From: Jimgerdemannia flammicorona
Taxonomy: Eukaryota
Assembly: GCA_003990765.1 (NCBI GenBank)
Contig: RBNJ01000072.1
Location: forward strand, 1 to 44,075
DNA: 44,075 nucleotides
Reading direction: 5' to 3'
The number at the start of each line of letters is the position of its first letter. Position 1 is the stretch's first letter. The position numbers were made by a program, and so were the translations under genes. Below, one piece after another: positions 12,230 to 24,396 of the stretch. The notes beneath the pieces were generated by a model that did not search any database, was not told where the DNA came from, and saw nothing but the letters and a program-made list of their open reading frames with translations.

Positions 12230-15200
12230 ATAGATATGAGACCACCAGTATTCCATAGATATACCTCAGATGAATCGATCATTACCTTCATTGTTGATTT
12301 CGAGCAGTATGCCACTGTAAGGACTCTGACAGCAGCACAGCAAGTAGCCCTCAGGCCCTTCAGCCTACGAGGCCCTGCCAGAGCAGTATTCATAGCTGCA
12401 ACCCATGCAGGAAATGATGCCGATACTATACTGACAGCACAGAAGACCTGGCTCCGAAATACATATTATACAGATGAGATCAAGCAAGCCCTGAAGGATC
12501 AGCTCAATACAACATGCTAAGGAATGAGCGAGGATCCAAACACATTCTATATCAGAATTCAATATCAGATAATCCTGGCAGATTATACTGCTGCTATCTG
12601 AGATCAAGTAGCCGAGGCAACCTTTATGAAAGGAGTCCACCCAGAAATAGCCATGGCCATCCGCTCATCACCAGTGATTCTGGATCTGCCACAGAAGGTC
12701 ACCTATACTCAGTGATATTGGATAGCCAGACATCCACAAGACTATACAATGGAAAGGGTCACAGGAGTCAGAATCGAGGCACCCAAGGCAACCAGTGTGA
12801 TCCCTACCACAATGATCAATCGGAACACACCTCAGCCAAAAGCTACAGAGCAGCAGAAGAACAGTGACCCTATGGAGGAACTCACCAAAAGGTTTGCTGA
12901 AATGACTGCCTACCTGGGAGACGTGGTAAAGGAAATTCGAGGAAGAGACTGCCACCCTGTTCAGAAGTTCACCACCACCTCAGACAAGAAGAAAGGCACC
13001 TGCTATACTTGTGGAGAAGAAGGCCACTACTCCTATGAATGCATGAGCGAAACCAAGCACAAGGCTCAACCAAGCAATGCTACATGAAACAAGAAGCAGG
13101 CCAATATAATTACCTTTGAGGAGATTGGAGATTCTGATGAAGAAGAATGGGAGGCCTATCCTGCTCAGACCACCAAGAAGGATGCTCACAAAGAGCCCTA
13201 CAAGAGACCACCAGGAAGACCCAAGAAGAACCCAGTAGAAAAGCAGATGAAAACAGCCACCAAAAGCCAGACTGAAGAGATGGACCAAGATATAGAGCTG
13301 GAGCAAGCAGTTCAAGATATCATCCGAGGAACTACTCTAGCCAGTGAAGGAGAAAAAGAAAAGAAGCTGCACAAGATGAAGACCTTCAAGTATGATATCT
13401 TCAAGGACCTCAGTCAACAAAAGGTCAATACAACCTTTGGTCAGCTTGCAGAAATCCCAACATTCAGACAATAAATGAGGTTTGGACTTGCCGAAATAAC
13501 TAAGAAACAAGGATGGAAGATAACTGAGGCCAATAACGCTCAAGAGGACTCAGGAGAAGAAAGTGAGGACAATCGCAAAACCTCTGCTTATGCCACATGC
13601 CAAATCGAAGATAGAATCTTTGAGGCCATCATTGATACGGGAGCAGGAGGATGTCTCCTCAGCAAGAAGGCAGCAGACCGCCTAGGTTGGGATGTAGAAG
13701 AAGCAACTAAGCTGGTATTTGTCACAGCCGATGGCACAAGAGCCACACCTCTGGGAAAGATCTGAGATGTTCCCATCAAGATTGGAGGAGCAACCATCCC
13801 AGTAGATGTAATTGTAACCAATGCCACCAATTATGACATCCTCATTGGCAATCAATGGCTTCACAAAGCCAAGGCAGTAATCAATCTCAATGCCCAGAAG
13901 ATGCAGATCACCTACCGGGGACAGAAGATACGAATTCCCATCAATGTCAACAAAGGAGTCCTGCCTGATATGGAGGAAGAAGAGAGTGAGCAAGAGGAAG
14001 CTTATATGGTGACTACTCCAAAGAAGAAGAAAGTCGGATAGATGAGTGAAGAAGAATGGTGCAAGAAGATGGCAGAAGGCTATGCCCTACAAGGAGTCTG
14101 TCCTCATGGGATCAAGATGTACTGTATGGAGCATATCAATGATTGCTACCAGTGCACCATCAGAATCAGGAAGATCCACCAGGAAAGAAGGCAGAAAGCT
14201 CTTGAAAAACAGATCAGGGAAGAAGAGAAAGAGGAAGATGATGAACCACCAGCTCTCCTGGAGGATAGTGATGATGAAGAAGAAATCAAGGTCAAGATTC
14301 GAAAGATCTACCCTGATGCAGTCTTGCCAGAATACAAGTCAGAAAATGCAGCCAGAATGGACATCACTACAGTAGAAGAGACTGTACTGGAACCCCAGAC
14401 AACCACCCTACTTGCAACCGGATTGGAGATGACCATCCCAAAGAATCATGTTGGGATTCTCAAGACAAGAAGCAGCCTGGCTAGAAGCGAAATTACAATT
14501 GAAGGAGGAGTCATCGATTCAGACTATACTGGAGAAATTCTACTCATTGCTAGGAATTACAATCCTATAATCCCATTTCCAGTCAAGAAGAAGGACTGAT
14601 TGGTGCAAATGTTGATCTTTCCGATCCTACAACCAAAGATCATAGAGGTTAAGAAGCTGGAGGAAACAAGAAGAGGAAAGAAAGGATTTGGATCCACAGG
14701 AAGAGGAGTATTTACCAATACCAAGATCACCGAACTTGAGCATAAGAAGGAGGAAAACACAAGCAAGCACAGCTACACCATCGGAAATGAATTTCCACTC
14801 AAGAAAGAACTCAAGGAAATACTCCATGAATTTGAAGATGTCCTTGTCACAGATTTCAAGGATATCAAAGAAAAGACCCCACACTACTATCATGAAGTAG
14901 ATACTGGAGACACTGAACCAATTTATCAGAAGGCAAGACCTGTCCTGCCAGCCTACTGAGAATGGCTCAGAGAAGAAATCAAGCAGATGGAAGAAGCTGG
15001 CATCATTAAAGAAGCAAGCAGCCCCTGGTCCTCACCTGTTGTACTGGCCCTAAAAAAAGGTAGCAAGCCTGGAGAATTCACTCCAAGACTCTGTGTCGAC
15101 TACAGAAAACTCAACATGGTTACCAAGAAGGATCGCCAACCACTGCCCCTCATCAATGACATCCTCATAACACTGGGAGACAAAGCACAATACTACAGCA

Positions 15201-16221
15201 CCTTGGACTTATACTCAGGATTCCACCAAATCGGACTCACAGACATGGCAAGTGAAAAGTCAGCTTTCATTACTCCAGACAGAACCTACGTCTACCTATG
15301 AATGCCATTCAGAATGTGCAATGCACCAGCAAGTTTCCAGTGAATGATGAACAAAATCTTCCGCTATGACATGGGAAGATGGATGATGGTCTACATCGAT
15401 GATGTAATTATCTACAGCAAGACACCTGAGGAACATCTGCAGCATATACAGCAGATAATGGAGAGACTAAGACAACATGGCCTTTACATCAAACCCAAGA
15501 AGTGCAAGTTCACAGAAATCAAGATCTCCTATCTCGGCCACATCATCAACCAAGATGGAACACACATGGATCCCCTCAAGATACAAGCAGTGGCCGCATA
15601 CCCAAGACCCACCACTGTTATGGAAGCCCAAGCCTTCATGAGACTCACCTCCTATTATTGCAGATTTATTAGAGGATTTTCTAATATTGTGGGACCAATC
15701 TACAAACTCAACAAGAAGGATACCAAGTTCCAGTGGACTGGCAAACAACAAAAAGCATTTGATGAACTCAAGGTCAGACTGACCCAGACACTCATCCTCA
15801 GAAGACCTGACTGGACTCAAGAATTCATCCTACAGACTGATGCAAGCGCACAAGGACTAGGAGCAGTCCTAGCTCAAAAGAAAGATAAAGTGGAGTATGT
15901 CATCGCATACCTCAGCCGCAGAACCCGAGGAGCTGAAAAAGAATACGAATCCTACAAGTTGGAATGCCTTGCAGTCATCTGGGCTGTAGAAAAGTTCCAT
16001 TACTACTTGGCTGGAAGATACTTCACCATCCAAACGGACCACTCAGCTCTCACCTGGCTCTGACAACTGGACAACCCAAAGGAATCTATGCCAGATGGAT
16101 AATGAAGTTGCAAGCTTATGATGTAATGATCGTACACTGCTCTGGAAGAACCAATGCTAATGCCGATGCCCTCTCATGGACACCCCGAAGGACCCCAACC
16201 CTATAAAATTGCCATGAATAA
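12230..16221 (+). pseudogene. gag-PR-Cys-rich-dUTPase-RT-RNaseH polyprotein of copy B (one frame broken by stops; 1-bp deletion ~16060)
   Basis: ORF fragments starting at 12236, 12749, 13247, 13475, 14042, 14600, 14987 and 15344 all share one frame; motifs CCHC, DTG, YIDD, QTDASAQGLGAVL, TDH and NADALS. Confidence 0.95.
14285..14701 (+). pseudogene. dut: dUTPase domain, copy B
   Basis: ARMDI, RSSLA, GVIDSDYTGEI, VQMLI and RGKKGFGSTG motifs. Confidence 0.94.
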
Positions 16222-17407
16222 GGAGCTCTACTACAGAATTATCACATATCTGGGACAGCGAAAGATGCCCCAACATCTGGAAGAATGGATACAAACGATT
16301 ATCAACAGAACATGGAAACAATTCGAAACTGATGGAGAAACACTGAAGAAAGGAAAACTACTAGTCATACCAGAACACAAGAAGGAGCAAGCAATGAAAT
16401 CAGTACACAAACTTGGCCACCTAGGAGGAACAAATACGTACGATAAGGCAAGGAGAACAATATGGTGGCCAGGGATAGAGGAAGATATCAGACAATTCGT
16501 CAAGACCTGCGACAAATGCCAGAAACAGAAACAAGATCAATGAAATCAAGCCCCAGGATCAGCACACATAGAACCAGTACCATTCACCCACATTGCAATG
16601 GATGTAATTGGCCCTCTACCCTTGACTTTGACAGGCAACCGATACATCATCATCATCATAGACCTCTTTACAAAGTGGATAGAAGCGGGACCCCTTATGG
16701 AAGCCAATGCACAGTCAATCGCTGATTTCTTCCACAAGGAGATCATCTGCCAGTTCAAGACCCCAACACAAGTAACTATAGACAGAGGAACAGAATTCGT
16801 GAACCAGTTCTTCGAAGTTCTCTACAAGAAGTACAAGATCCAGCATATTCAGACTACAGCATATCACCCTTAAGGAAACGGACAAGTAGAAAGGACCAAC
16901 AAAACTCTCAAGAATGTTATTGCTAAAATCTGCAATAGCTATGAGAACTGGGATCACTATCTACCAATAGCATTATCTGCTCTCTGCGATATCCGATCAC
17001 AAAGTACCCACTTCACTCCTCGAGAAATACTGTTCGGAGAAGAATGTTCTCAGGGAACCTTGTCATCCAATGGAGATGCTGTATGGAAACATGTGGATAT
17101 GGAAATACAGAGACTACACCAAATCAGGAAGAAGGCTGAGGATTACATAATGAAGGCACAGACACTACAATGGAGGAATGTGGAAAAGATCCACAAACTC
17201 TTGGAGATTATCAAGATAGGAGATAAAGTCCTGGTGTATCGGAATATGGTTGAAGCTTCATGGTCACGAAAACTGGAGCCTAAGTGGGAAGGACCTTACC
17301 TTGTGCAAGATATAAAAGGAACCACCTTTTGGCTACAAAAACCCTCAGGCACAATAATCCCCACCACCATTTATCGAAACTGACTCAAGAAATATCATGG
17401 TCAGTAA
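16214..17407 (+). pseudogene. Integrase of copy B in its own ORF, with premature stops
   Basis: Same length (1194 bp) and motifs as in A; KWEGPY. Confidence 0.92.
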
Positions 17408-17858
17408 CAAAAGTACTGCGATAGCACTCAAGATCACTAGTGCTGCCCAAAGAGCCATTGAGAGACAATGGTGCACCACTGAGCCTCCGACCATAGAGGA
17501 GTCTTATGATAGTATCCAAAGCATCATACAGACTCATCTCTCTCGGATCTCACACTTCAAGGCCTATCAGCGTCAGAACAAATTCCAAGAGTACTTCAAA
17601 CTCAGCCAAGTACTCAACCAAGACCCAGAAATGACCAAAGAAAATTGGATCACAGAATGCCAGCTCTCCTATTCCCAGATCACCATTGCCAAGAGAATCC
17701 ACAAGCTATTCCGAGAGGATGAATCAGCACTAGCCCACCTGCAAGGAGTGACTCCCTCAGACTTCGACCGAGTCAGGCGATACTATTGGGAAACAGTGAT
17801 ACAACAAATTGCGCAATACAAGACCATACAGACCATTGAAGCTTGGGAGTTTGAATAG
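17397..17858 (+). CDS. ORF3 of copy B, intact 153-aa protein of unknown function between IN and PPT
   Basis: Open ATG-to-TAG ORF with a same-length homolog in A; no hydrophobic TM or signal stretch visible. Confidence 0.85.
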   Translation: MVSNKSTAIALKITSAAQRAIERQWCTTEPPTIEESYDSIQSIIQTHLSRISHFKAYQRQNKFQEYFKLSQVLNQDPEMTKENWITECQLSYSQITIAKRIHKLFREDESALAHLQGVTPSDFDRVRRYYWETVIQQIAQYKTIQTIEAWEFE

Positions 17859-17895
17859 ATGCTTTAGAGACGAGATCATCTATTCAGGAGGAAGT

Positions 17896-18362
17896 TGTGA
17901 TAGTATAGCCAGATTTGGAAGAAGGAAATAGGGAATAGACACTTGATCGCACCCAGTCCCAAAATAGTATAGCCACATAGTTAACAGTCCTCGATTTCAC
18001 AACTTGCTAAATATTTCACAAAGTGCAAGATTGAGTTCCCCAATATAGTATAGCATTTTGCAACTGGCAAAACATTTTGCAAAGTGTTAAATGACTCACA
18101 ACTTAGCTACATAACTCAGTAACTATCTCATAGCTAGCAAACTTGTATAAATAACCCAGTATCTTCAAGTGAATAAACCTCAGATCGAAATAGTTCAAAG
18201 CAAAGAGAGAGCAAAGGAACTAGAAAGCCTGTGGGCAGATACACCTCGAACTCACCCACTCTCCCCTGCAACTTCAAGAGACTCTGCGAGAATCAGAACA
18301 GTCAAGTTTTCAAGATACAGAAATCCAATGTACTTTCAAGAGTAAGCATCCACTACATTACA
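17896..18362 (+). repeat. 3' LTR of copy B
   Basis: Direct repeat of 11649-12115. Confidence 0.95.
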
Positions 18363-21300
18363 ATATATAGATGAGAGACTATAAGTATAGCTTGCACTTA
18401 ATCAGTACAGTATAGTTAATATATCAACATAACTATACTTCTTAGAAATGAGTCTTATACTATTAGGCTAGAGTCAATCTTCATAAAAGTCAATTATCCA
18501 ATTTCTCTCAGCAGTAGTATGAGAGATGAGGGCAATATTATCAGCAAAAAAAAAATCTTAAGAAAAAGTTATACTTTGTAAAATATTCATCAAAAAATTA
18601 GCAATAAAATTAATAAAGATATCAAAAAGTCAGAGAGAGAGAAGAGAGCTCTGAAAGAGAATATACTTAGTAGGAACTAAAGAGGTGATGAGACTATTGA
18701 TATAACTTAATAAGAATAGTAGTTGAACATACTATATATAATACTAAGGAGGGCTATATTAGTATCTTACTTCTTAAGTCACTAAAGAATCAGCTAGAGG
18801 AAGACTTGATCATATACCTACTTATAGTCTAGAAAGACAAATGGCTCTATCTCTTTACTGATATCTCATATGTATAAGTAAAATATAAGAAAGAGATAAA
18901 AAGAAAGTTCAGAAGCTATCTTGGGAGTATAACATTTCTATCAGGTTACTCTAGCTTTTGATATAGTCTTTTAAACAATACTCAAAGAGTTAGCAAAATA
19001 TTTCAGTAAGAGCAATAGATTGAAATCATCAATAATATAAGATTTTTCTATCTTAGAAACTAGAGTAATAATAGTAGTATTTCAATAGTAGAGAGTTATC
19101 TCTAAATCACACATAGTTGAAAGTAGAAAGATAAGGCTTTTAACTATCTATCATTATTTAAAAAATCTGAATATATAAAGTGTCTGTCTTACAGATCATT
19201 ATGATGAAATAGCTATAGATGATTCTCTAAACTATAAGTTGGCCAAATCAAGACTATAGTCAGTCCAAGAACTCCTATGCTAAGAGAGAAGTTATCTTTG
19301 GAGTCATTGAGATAGAGAGAGATATCAGGCTGGTCAAAGATCCTAGAGAAGTATATAACCATATCATCAAATATAGAGATACATAGCAGAAAATTAAGAC
19401 TGGAGGAGAGTATAGAAGATGGAGTAGTATGCTTACTTAAAATCAAAAATAATATCAAATATAAAGAATATACTACAAAGGAGATCTTGCTGTAAGAGTA
19501 GTGCTGTCCTGATTTTTTTATCATTATATAAGCTCAGAATATTCTCACAGATAGACTGTAGACCAGAGATTGAAAGAAGTTAAGAGAATTCAAAAACTTA
19601 TAATGATCTTTCACAGAGTAAAAGTCAAAGATATAATCACTAACAGTATGTAAATAATATTCTAAGATTCCTGAAAATGAGCTTAAATAATAAGTATCTT
19701 ATAAATCATTAATAGATATGAGCTAAGATAATAACTAGTAAGAGAGAGGAGAGGAAGGAGATAGTGAAGAGAGAAGAATGGTGAGTAGAAACAGTGGGAG
19801 CAGAATATAAGTGTGATGTATAGAGGGATATAATAATAAATATATAGTTAAGACATATGTATAGAGCTAGTTAATAAGATCAGATAGTTCAATAACTATA
19901 TTATTATAGAGATATTAATAATATCTATCTAATCTCTAAAACTAGAGTAGATGTTACTAAAGTAAGTACTAAAGTATATATTGATATTATCAATTAGCTA
20001 AAATAGAACTAGATATAAGATTAATAAAACCACTTATAAATCTCAAATAATATCATACTTTATAAAATGAGTCAGATATAGAAAAGGTCAGCAAAGGACC
20101 TAGAGATAAGATACATAAAATAGTTTAACATAAGAACTATAAGGCCTCTATTCTGGTGATTCACATTTCTATATAAGGAGAGTAGAGATAATATATAAAT
20201 AAGTAGAGATAGAAGTAGTAAAATATATCACTTTTCAAAGGTAAAAAGAATATTGAGAACAGGACCAATCAACTAACTGAATATATCAAATGTATCCTGA
20301 GTTAGTCTATATATAATGAGAAACCCAACTCTCATTATAGACCAGATATATTAATACTAATAGCTGGAGAGATACTCAAAGTAGAGACTTCTGCCTTAAA
20401 TTCTATCATCATCTCACCTATTATGGCAATAATATCATCTCTCTTTAAAGTAAGACTGACTAATGAGAATATGAGAGAAGAGAGATTAAGGCCAAGTTTT
20501 ATAGTTTATATCTTCAATCTCTTTATAGTAGTGATATTAGCAAACTAATTGATCTGAGTATAAAAGGATTGAAGTATCTATATCTTTATGATCTCTATAG
20601 TATTTTAATTGTAAGAGAGAGCAGATACAAGACTAAGATCACTAAGAACCCAAATACCTTTAACTTCTTTTTGAATACCCTAATATAGTTAAAGTATAAC
20701 AGAAATTTAATAGTTAATATCAAGATATATATTATATTAGAAATATTTAACAATATTATATGGATGTTATATAAGTTCTTTTAGATATATCTGATCTTCA
20801 GGTAGATAAACCTATTAAGATAAATATATTGTAACCTAGTACTCTTCTCAGCTAGTAATAAATGAGAGATCAGCTTATAGATCATATATAAGAGAACAGT
20901 TACAATAACAGCTCTCTCAGGCTTAGTATAGATCTATGTTCTATCTCTGATAGAGATCTTCTTAGTAGTAGTAATATAAGATTTGTGAGCAGAGACTGAA
21001 GTATAAAACAGAAATAGTTTAGTAGAACTTAAACCTATAGGTAGGATCTGAGGCACTAGTATAGAGACCTTAATCTTATTCTTTTTGGAGACTATAGACT
21101 TAGTGGCTGAGGGTATAGCTATGAAAGTTATCTCTTGGTAACATACTGAATTAAAGGACTTATGGGGGACAGTAGAGAAAGAGATAGCAGGGGTACTATC
21201 TGAAGGAGTACTGGATAACAGAGGGGTAAAGAGAAAGAGATAGTAGAAGTATAGCTCAAAAGGGTATCTGATGATAGAATAACAGAGAATATATACTATA

Positions 21301-21420
21301 TAGTAAGCTATATCATAATCTGAGTATTGATCTTAGTCAGATTAGTCACTTGACTTAGCAGATCTGAGATCTGCCTTCTCAATATAACTATTTTTTCAAC
21401 CAGATTGGGGTCAGCAGAGA
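18363..21420 (-). mobile_element. Old, very decayed LINE (endonuclease-RT), 5' part
   Basis: Minus strand FADNIA at ~18531-18548 (FADD motif), a decayed QGS-LSP-LF-like motif at ~18625-18665, and TIITLVSK at ~19050-19078. Confidence 0.55.
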
Positions 21421-21421
21421 G

Positions 21422-21830
21422 GTCTGCTTCTAAATGAATCAAATTAATTCAAATAAAATTGAATTGAGAGTGATTCAAATTGAATTGAATTGGAGATTTT
21501 TCAATTTGAATTAAGATCTAATTCAAATCATTTGAATCAAATGAAGGTCTGATTTAATTTCAAATTGAAAGTCAAACTTTTAAATACAATAACTTGGTAA
21601 AAACATTTCCAAATTTGATAAATTTTAGCATATTGGATTCACATTGATAAGACAAATCCAGAATACTAAAGATCATTAAATTTGGACATTTTTATGTCAA
21701 GTTATTGAATTTTAAAAATTTAGGTTTAAATTAAAATTTGAATTGAATTAGACTTTGATTCACTTTGAAGTATTCAAACTAAATCAAATTTGGGTTCAAT
21801 TTAATTCAATTTGATTCATTAAGAGCACTA
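21422..21830. mobile_element. MITE / non-autonomous hAT-like DNA element
   Basis: Imperfect TIR (TGCTTCTAAATGAATCAAATT vs reverse complement TAGTGCTCTTAATGAATCAAATT), subterminal AATTG/TTCAA repeats, internal hairpin 21578-21717; no TSD found. Confidence 0.65.
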
Positions 21831-23434
21831 GTCTATACAGCTAGTAGTCAGGATCATACTCAATTTAGTATTTAGGTAACTATACTTATTGTGACTGAGA
21901 GGCAGAGATATAGAAGAGATGGAGGGGTATGGATATTTAGTATCTGAATTAGATAAGATCTCAATAACTGTATCTATATTGGCATTGGTTTTTTATAAGT
22001 AATATATAATAACTGCATTATAGATATAATCTACAAATAAAGATTTTTTTAAGTTGCCTAATGGTTAATAACTAAATAAAAGCTAACTGATTAGTCAGAA
22101 TAGTAAAGTAAGTTCTGAAAAGATAGTAGTGGAACTTTTCTACTACTCAGATAACTGCAAGATACTCTAACTTATAAGATTTATATTCTCTTTCTCCTTT
22201 GTTAGTTCCTTAGCTAAGATATATAATTATATATTTGATCTTATTCTTCTTTTGTATAAGAATACCTTCTTTTCAATTGTACTTATATCTGCCTACAGAA
22301 TGAACTCTTAAGACTAGCTAGATCTTCTCAAGATAGGTGCCTGAGTTAAACAGACTTTGAGAGATTCAAATTCTTGTAATTGTCTGCCAGTCTATTAAAA
22401 TTTAATATCTTACTTAAACAATTCTTAGATAGAGCCTAAAATGTTGGTAAATTCTTTAAAAAACCATCTATTATAGATAGTAAGTCCTATGAAGGCTTGA
22501 GTCTCAGTAACTGTAGTGAGTCTTGAATAGACTTCAACTACTTGAATCTTGATAGAATCTGTATAGATTCCATCTGATTGATAATATGTCTAAGATAAGA
22601 GATCTCAATTTTACCAAACTTACACTTCTTTAGCTTGACAAATAGATTATGATCTCTCAGTTTTTGCAAAATTTGGTAAATATAATTCAGATATTCCTTA
22701 TATATTTTATAGTAAATAACTATATTATCTCTATAGACTATGATCCTTTTTTCTATTTCTTCTCAGAATATCTTATTTATGTATTTTAATAATATATCAG
22801 AGTATTGAACATTCCAAATAGTATTTGCAGATAGATATAGATTTCATTCAGAGTAATAAAGGCTAACTTTTTACTAACTTCTCTACTGAGGCCAATTTTT
22901 TATTCCTGAGTATAAATCCAAGGTAGTGTAGTATTATACTTTATCCCTTAGTATTACCAGGATGTTACTGATGATAGATAGTAGTTAGTAATTCTTCTTG
23001 GTATCTTTATTCAGTTTTCTATAGTCTATAGAGAGCTTTGGAGAAAATTCTTCTAGCTTGTTTTCTTTTTTTATAGCTAGTACAATTATTATGAACCAGA
23101 GATAGATATTCTTCTTAATAATACTGATTTCTTCTATTTGCTTGATTTTCACTCTGAGCTATTTATAATATACTAGTGAAATTAGTCTTGTCTTTTGAAA
23201 GATAGGCTTAGTGTCTTCTATATCTATATTATAATAGTAGTATTGTATCTTTTCTTTGATATTCTTGAAATTAGTAGTAAGAATATCTTTAAATTTATAT
23301 AGCAGCTTTTTAAGTTCCTTTTTGAATGAAAATTTAGTTTCAATAGTATAGCAGTAATTCTCTGTGATATTCTCTTTCTTGTTATCTAATTAAGTAATCT
23401 TAGTACTTATAAAAACTCCTCTTTTTGTAGATAC

Positions 23435-23882
23435 TATGATGGTCAATCCAAATTAGTAATATAAATTAGGGGAATTAGACATTTGATTGTGGTACCTAAA
23501 TCTGATTTCCAAATATAGCTTAGCCTTATCGATAGCAGCCATATTTCACCAGAGCAGAAACTTTAATATTGGCAAAGTTTTGAGAGATGGTGAAATCTTC
23601 ACAGATGTTAAAAGATTCAATACTGATAGAAAATGACTCATTACTTAGCCACCTTATAGCTAGCAAACTTGTATAAATAACCCAGTATCTTAGAGTGAAT
23701 AAACCTCAGATCAAAATAGTTCAAAGCAAAGAGAAAGCAAAGGAACTAGTAAGCCTGTGGGCAGCTATACTTCAAACTCACCCACCCCTGCATCCTGAGG
23801 ACTCTGTGGAGTCAAAGAAGTTCAAGTTTTCAAGATACAGAAATCTAACATACTTCTAAGGTTCTACTATCACTACTTTACA
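23435..23882 (+). repeat. Solo LTR, third variant of the A/B LTR family
   Basis: 3' half nearly identical to the A/B LTRs (ATAGCTAGCAAACTTGTATAAATAACCCAG...); termini TATGAT/TTACA; perfect TSD ATAC (23431-23434 / 23883-23886). Confidence 0.9.
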
Positions 23883-24396
23883 ATACAAATCCTCTTCTTT
23901 CTATTTTCTCTAGCTTTGTAACTTCCAAAATCTTGGGTTTTAATATTAAAAAGTTAAGCATTTATATAAGATAATTTTTTTTCTTGACTCTAGGAGTTAT
24001 AGTTTCTAGTAATAACTCTACTTTTGATCAAAATTTCACTATTGGCTAGACAGCTTCGTATCTTGAGTATTTCAATATAGTTTTTAAAAATAGTTATCTC
24101 TAGTTTTATTATAAGTAAAGTTGATGTCTGAAGTTGAGAATTATTTGCTCAACTAGCAATATCTATTCATATTACTTTTTCTAACTTATATTATAGGACT
24201 TTATCAGAATAAATTCTCTAAATCTTGACTTTAATTTTCTTTTCATCATCACTATTCTCTATAAGAGCTGATAGTTCATCCTTCTGGTTTTTCTATTCAT
24301 ATAGCTTCTATCTTCTTTTCTTCTTCCTATAATGAATTTTATAGATCTTGGTAATATATTAGTAATACTTATTTATAAGCTTCATATAGTATATGT

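Larger units (their letters stand above)
11649..18362 (+). mobile_element. Full-length, decayed Ty3/gypsy LTR retrotransposon, copy B
   Basis: 467-bp LTRs TGTGAT...TTACA, TSD ATAT (11645-11648 / 18363-18366), PBS, PPT AGGAGGAAG (17886-17894); same domains as A. Confidence 0.97.

Noticed and set aside
13085-15301. TGA stops at identical positions in A and B, suggesting readthrough or an alternative genetic code
   Set aside because: They fall at likely Arg CGA codons, and elsewhere one copy has TGA where the other has CGA or CAA; CpG deamination explains them.
16055-16065. Programmed frameshift in RNase H of B, and at ~8092 in A
   Set aside because: Each is absent from the other copy (1-bp and 11-bp private deletions).
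4205-16957. Many short antisense and alternate-frame ORFs over A and B
   Set aside because: Shadow frames of retrotransposon coding sequence with no independent support.
17397-17858. env gene or chromodomain
   Set aside because: No signal peptide, TM helix or chromodomain aromatic motif; too short for env.
3776-18362. A single giant TIR element or inverted segmental duplication
   Set aside because: Each arm has its own LTR pair with a distinct U3 type, and B has its own TSD.
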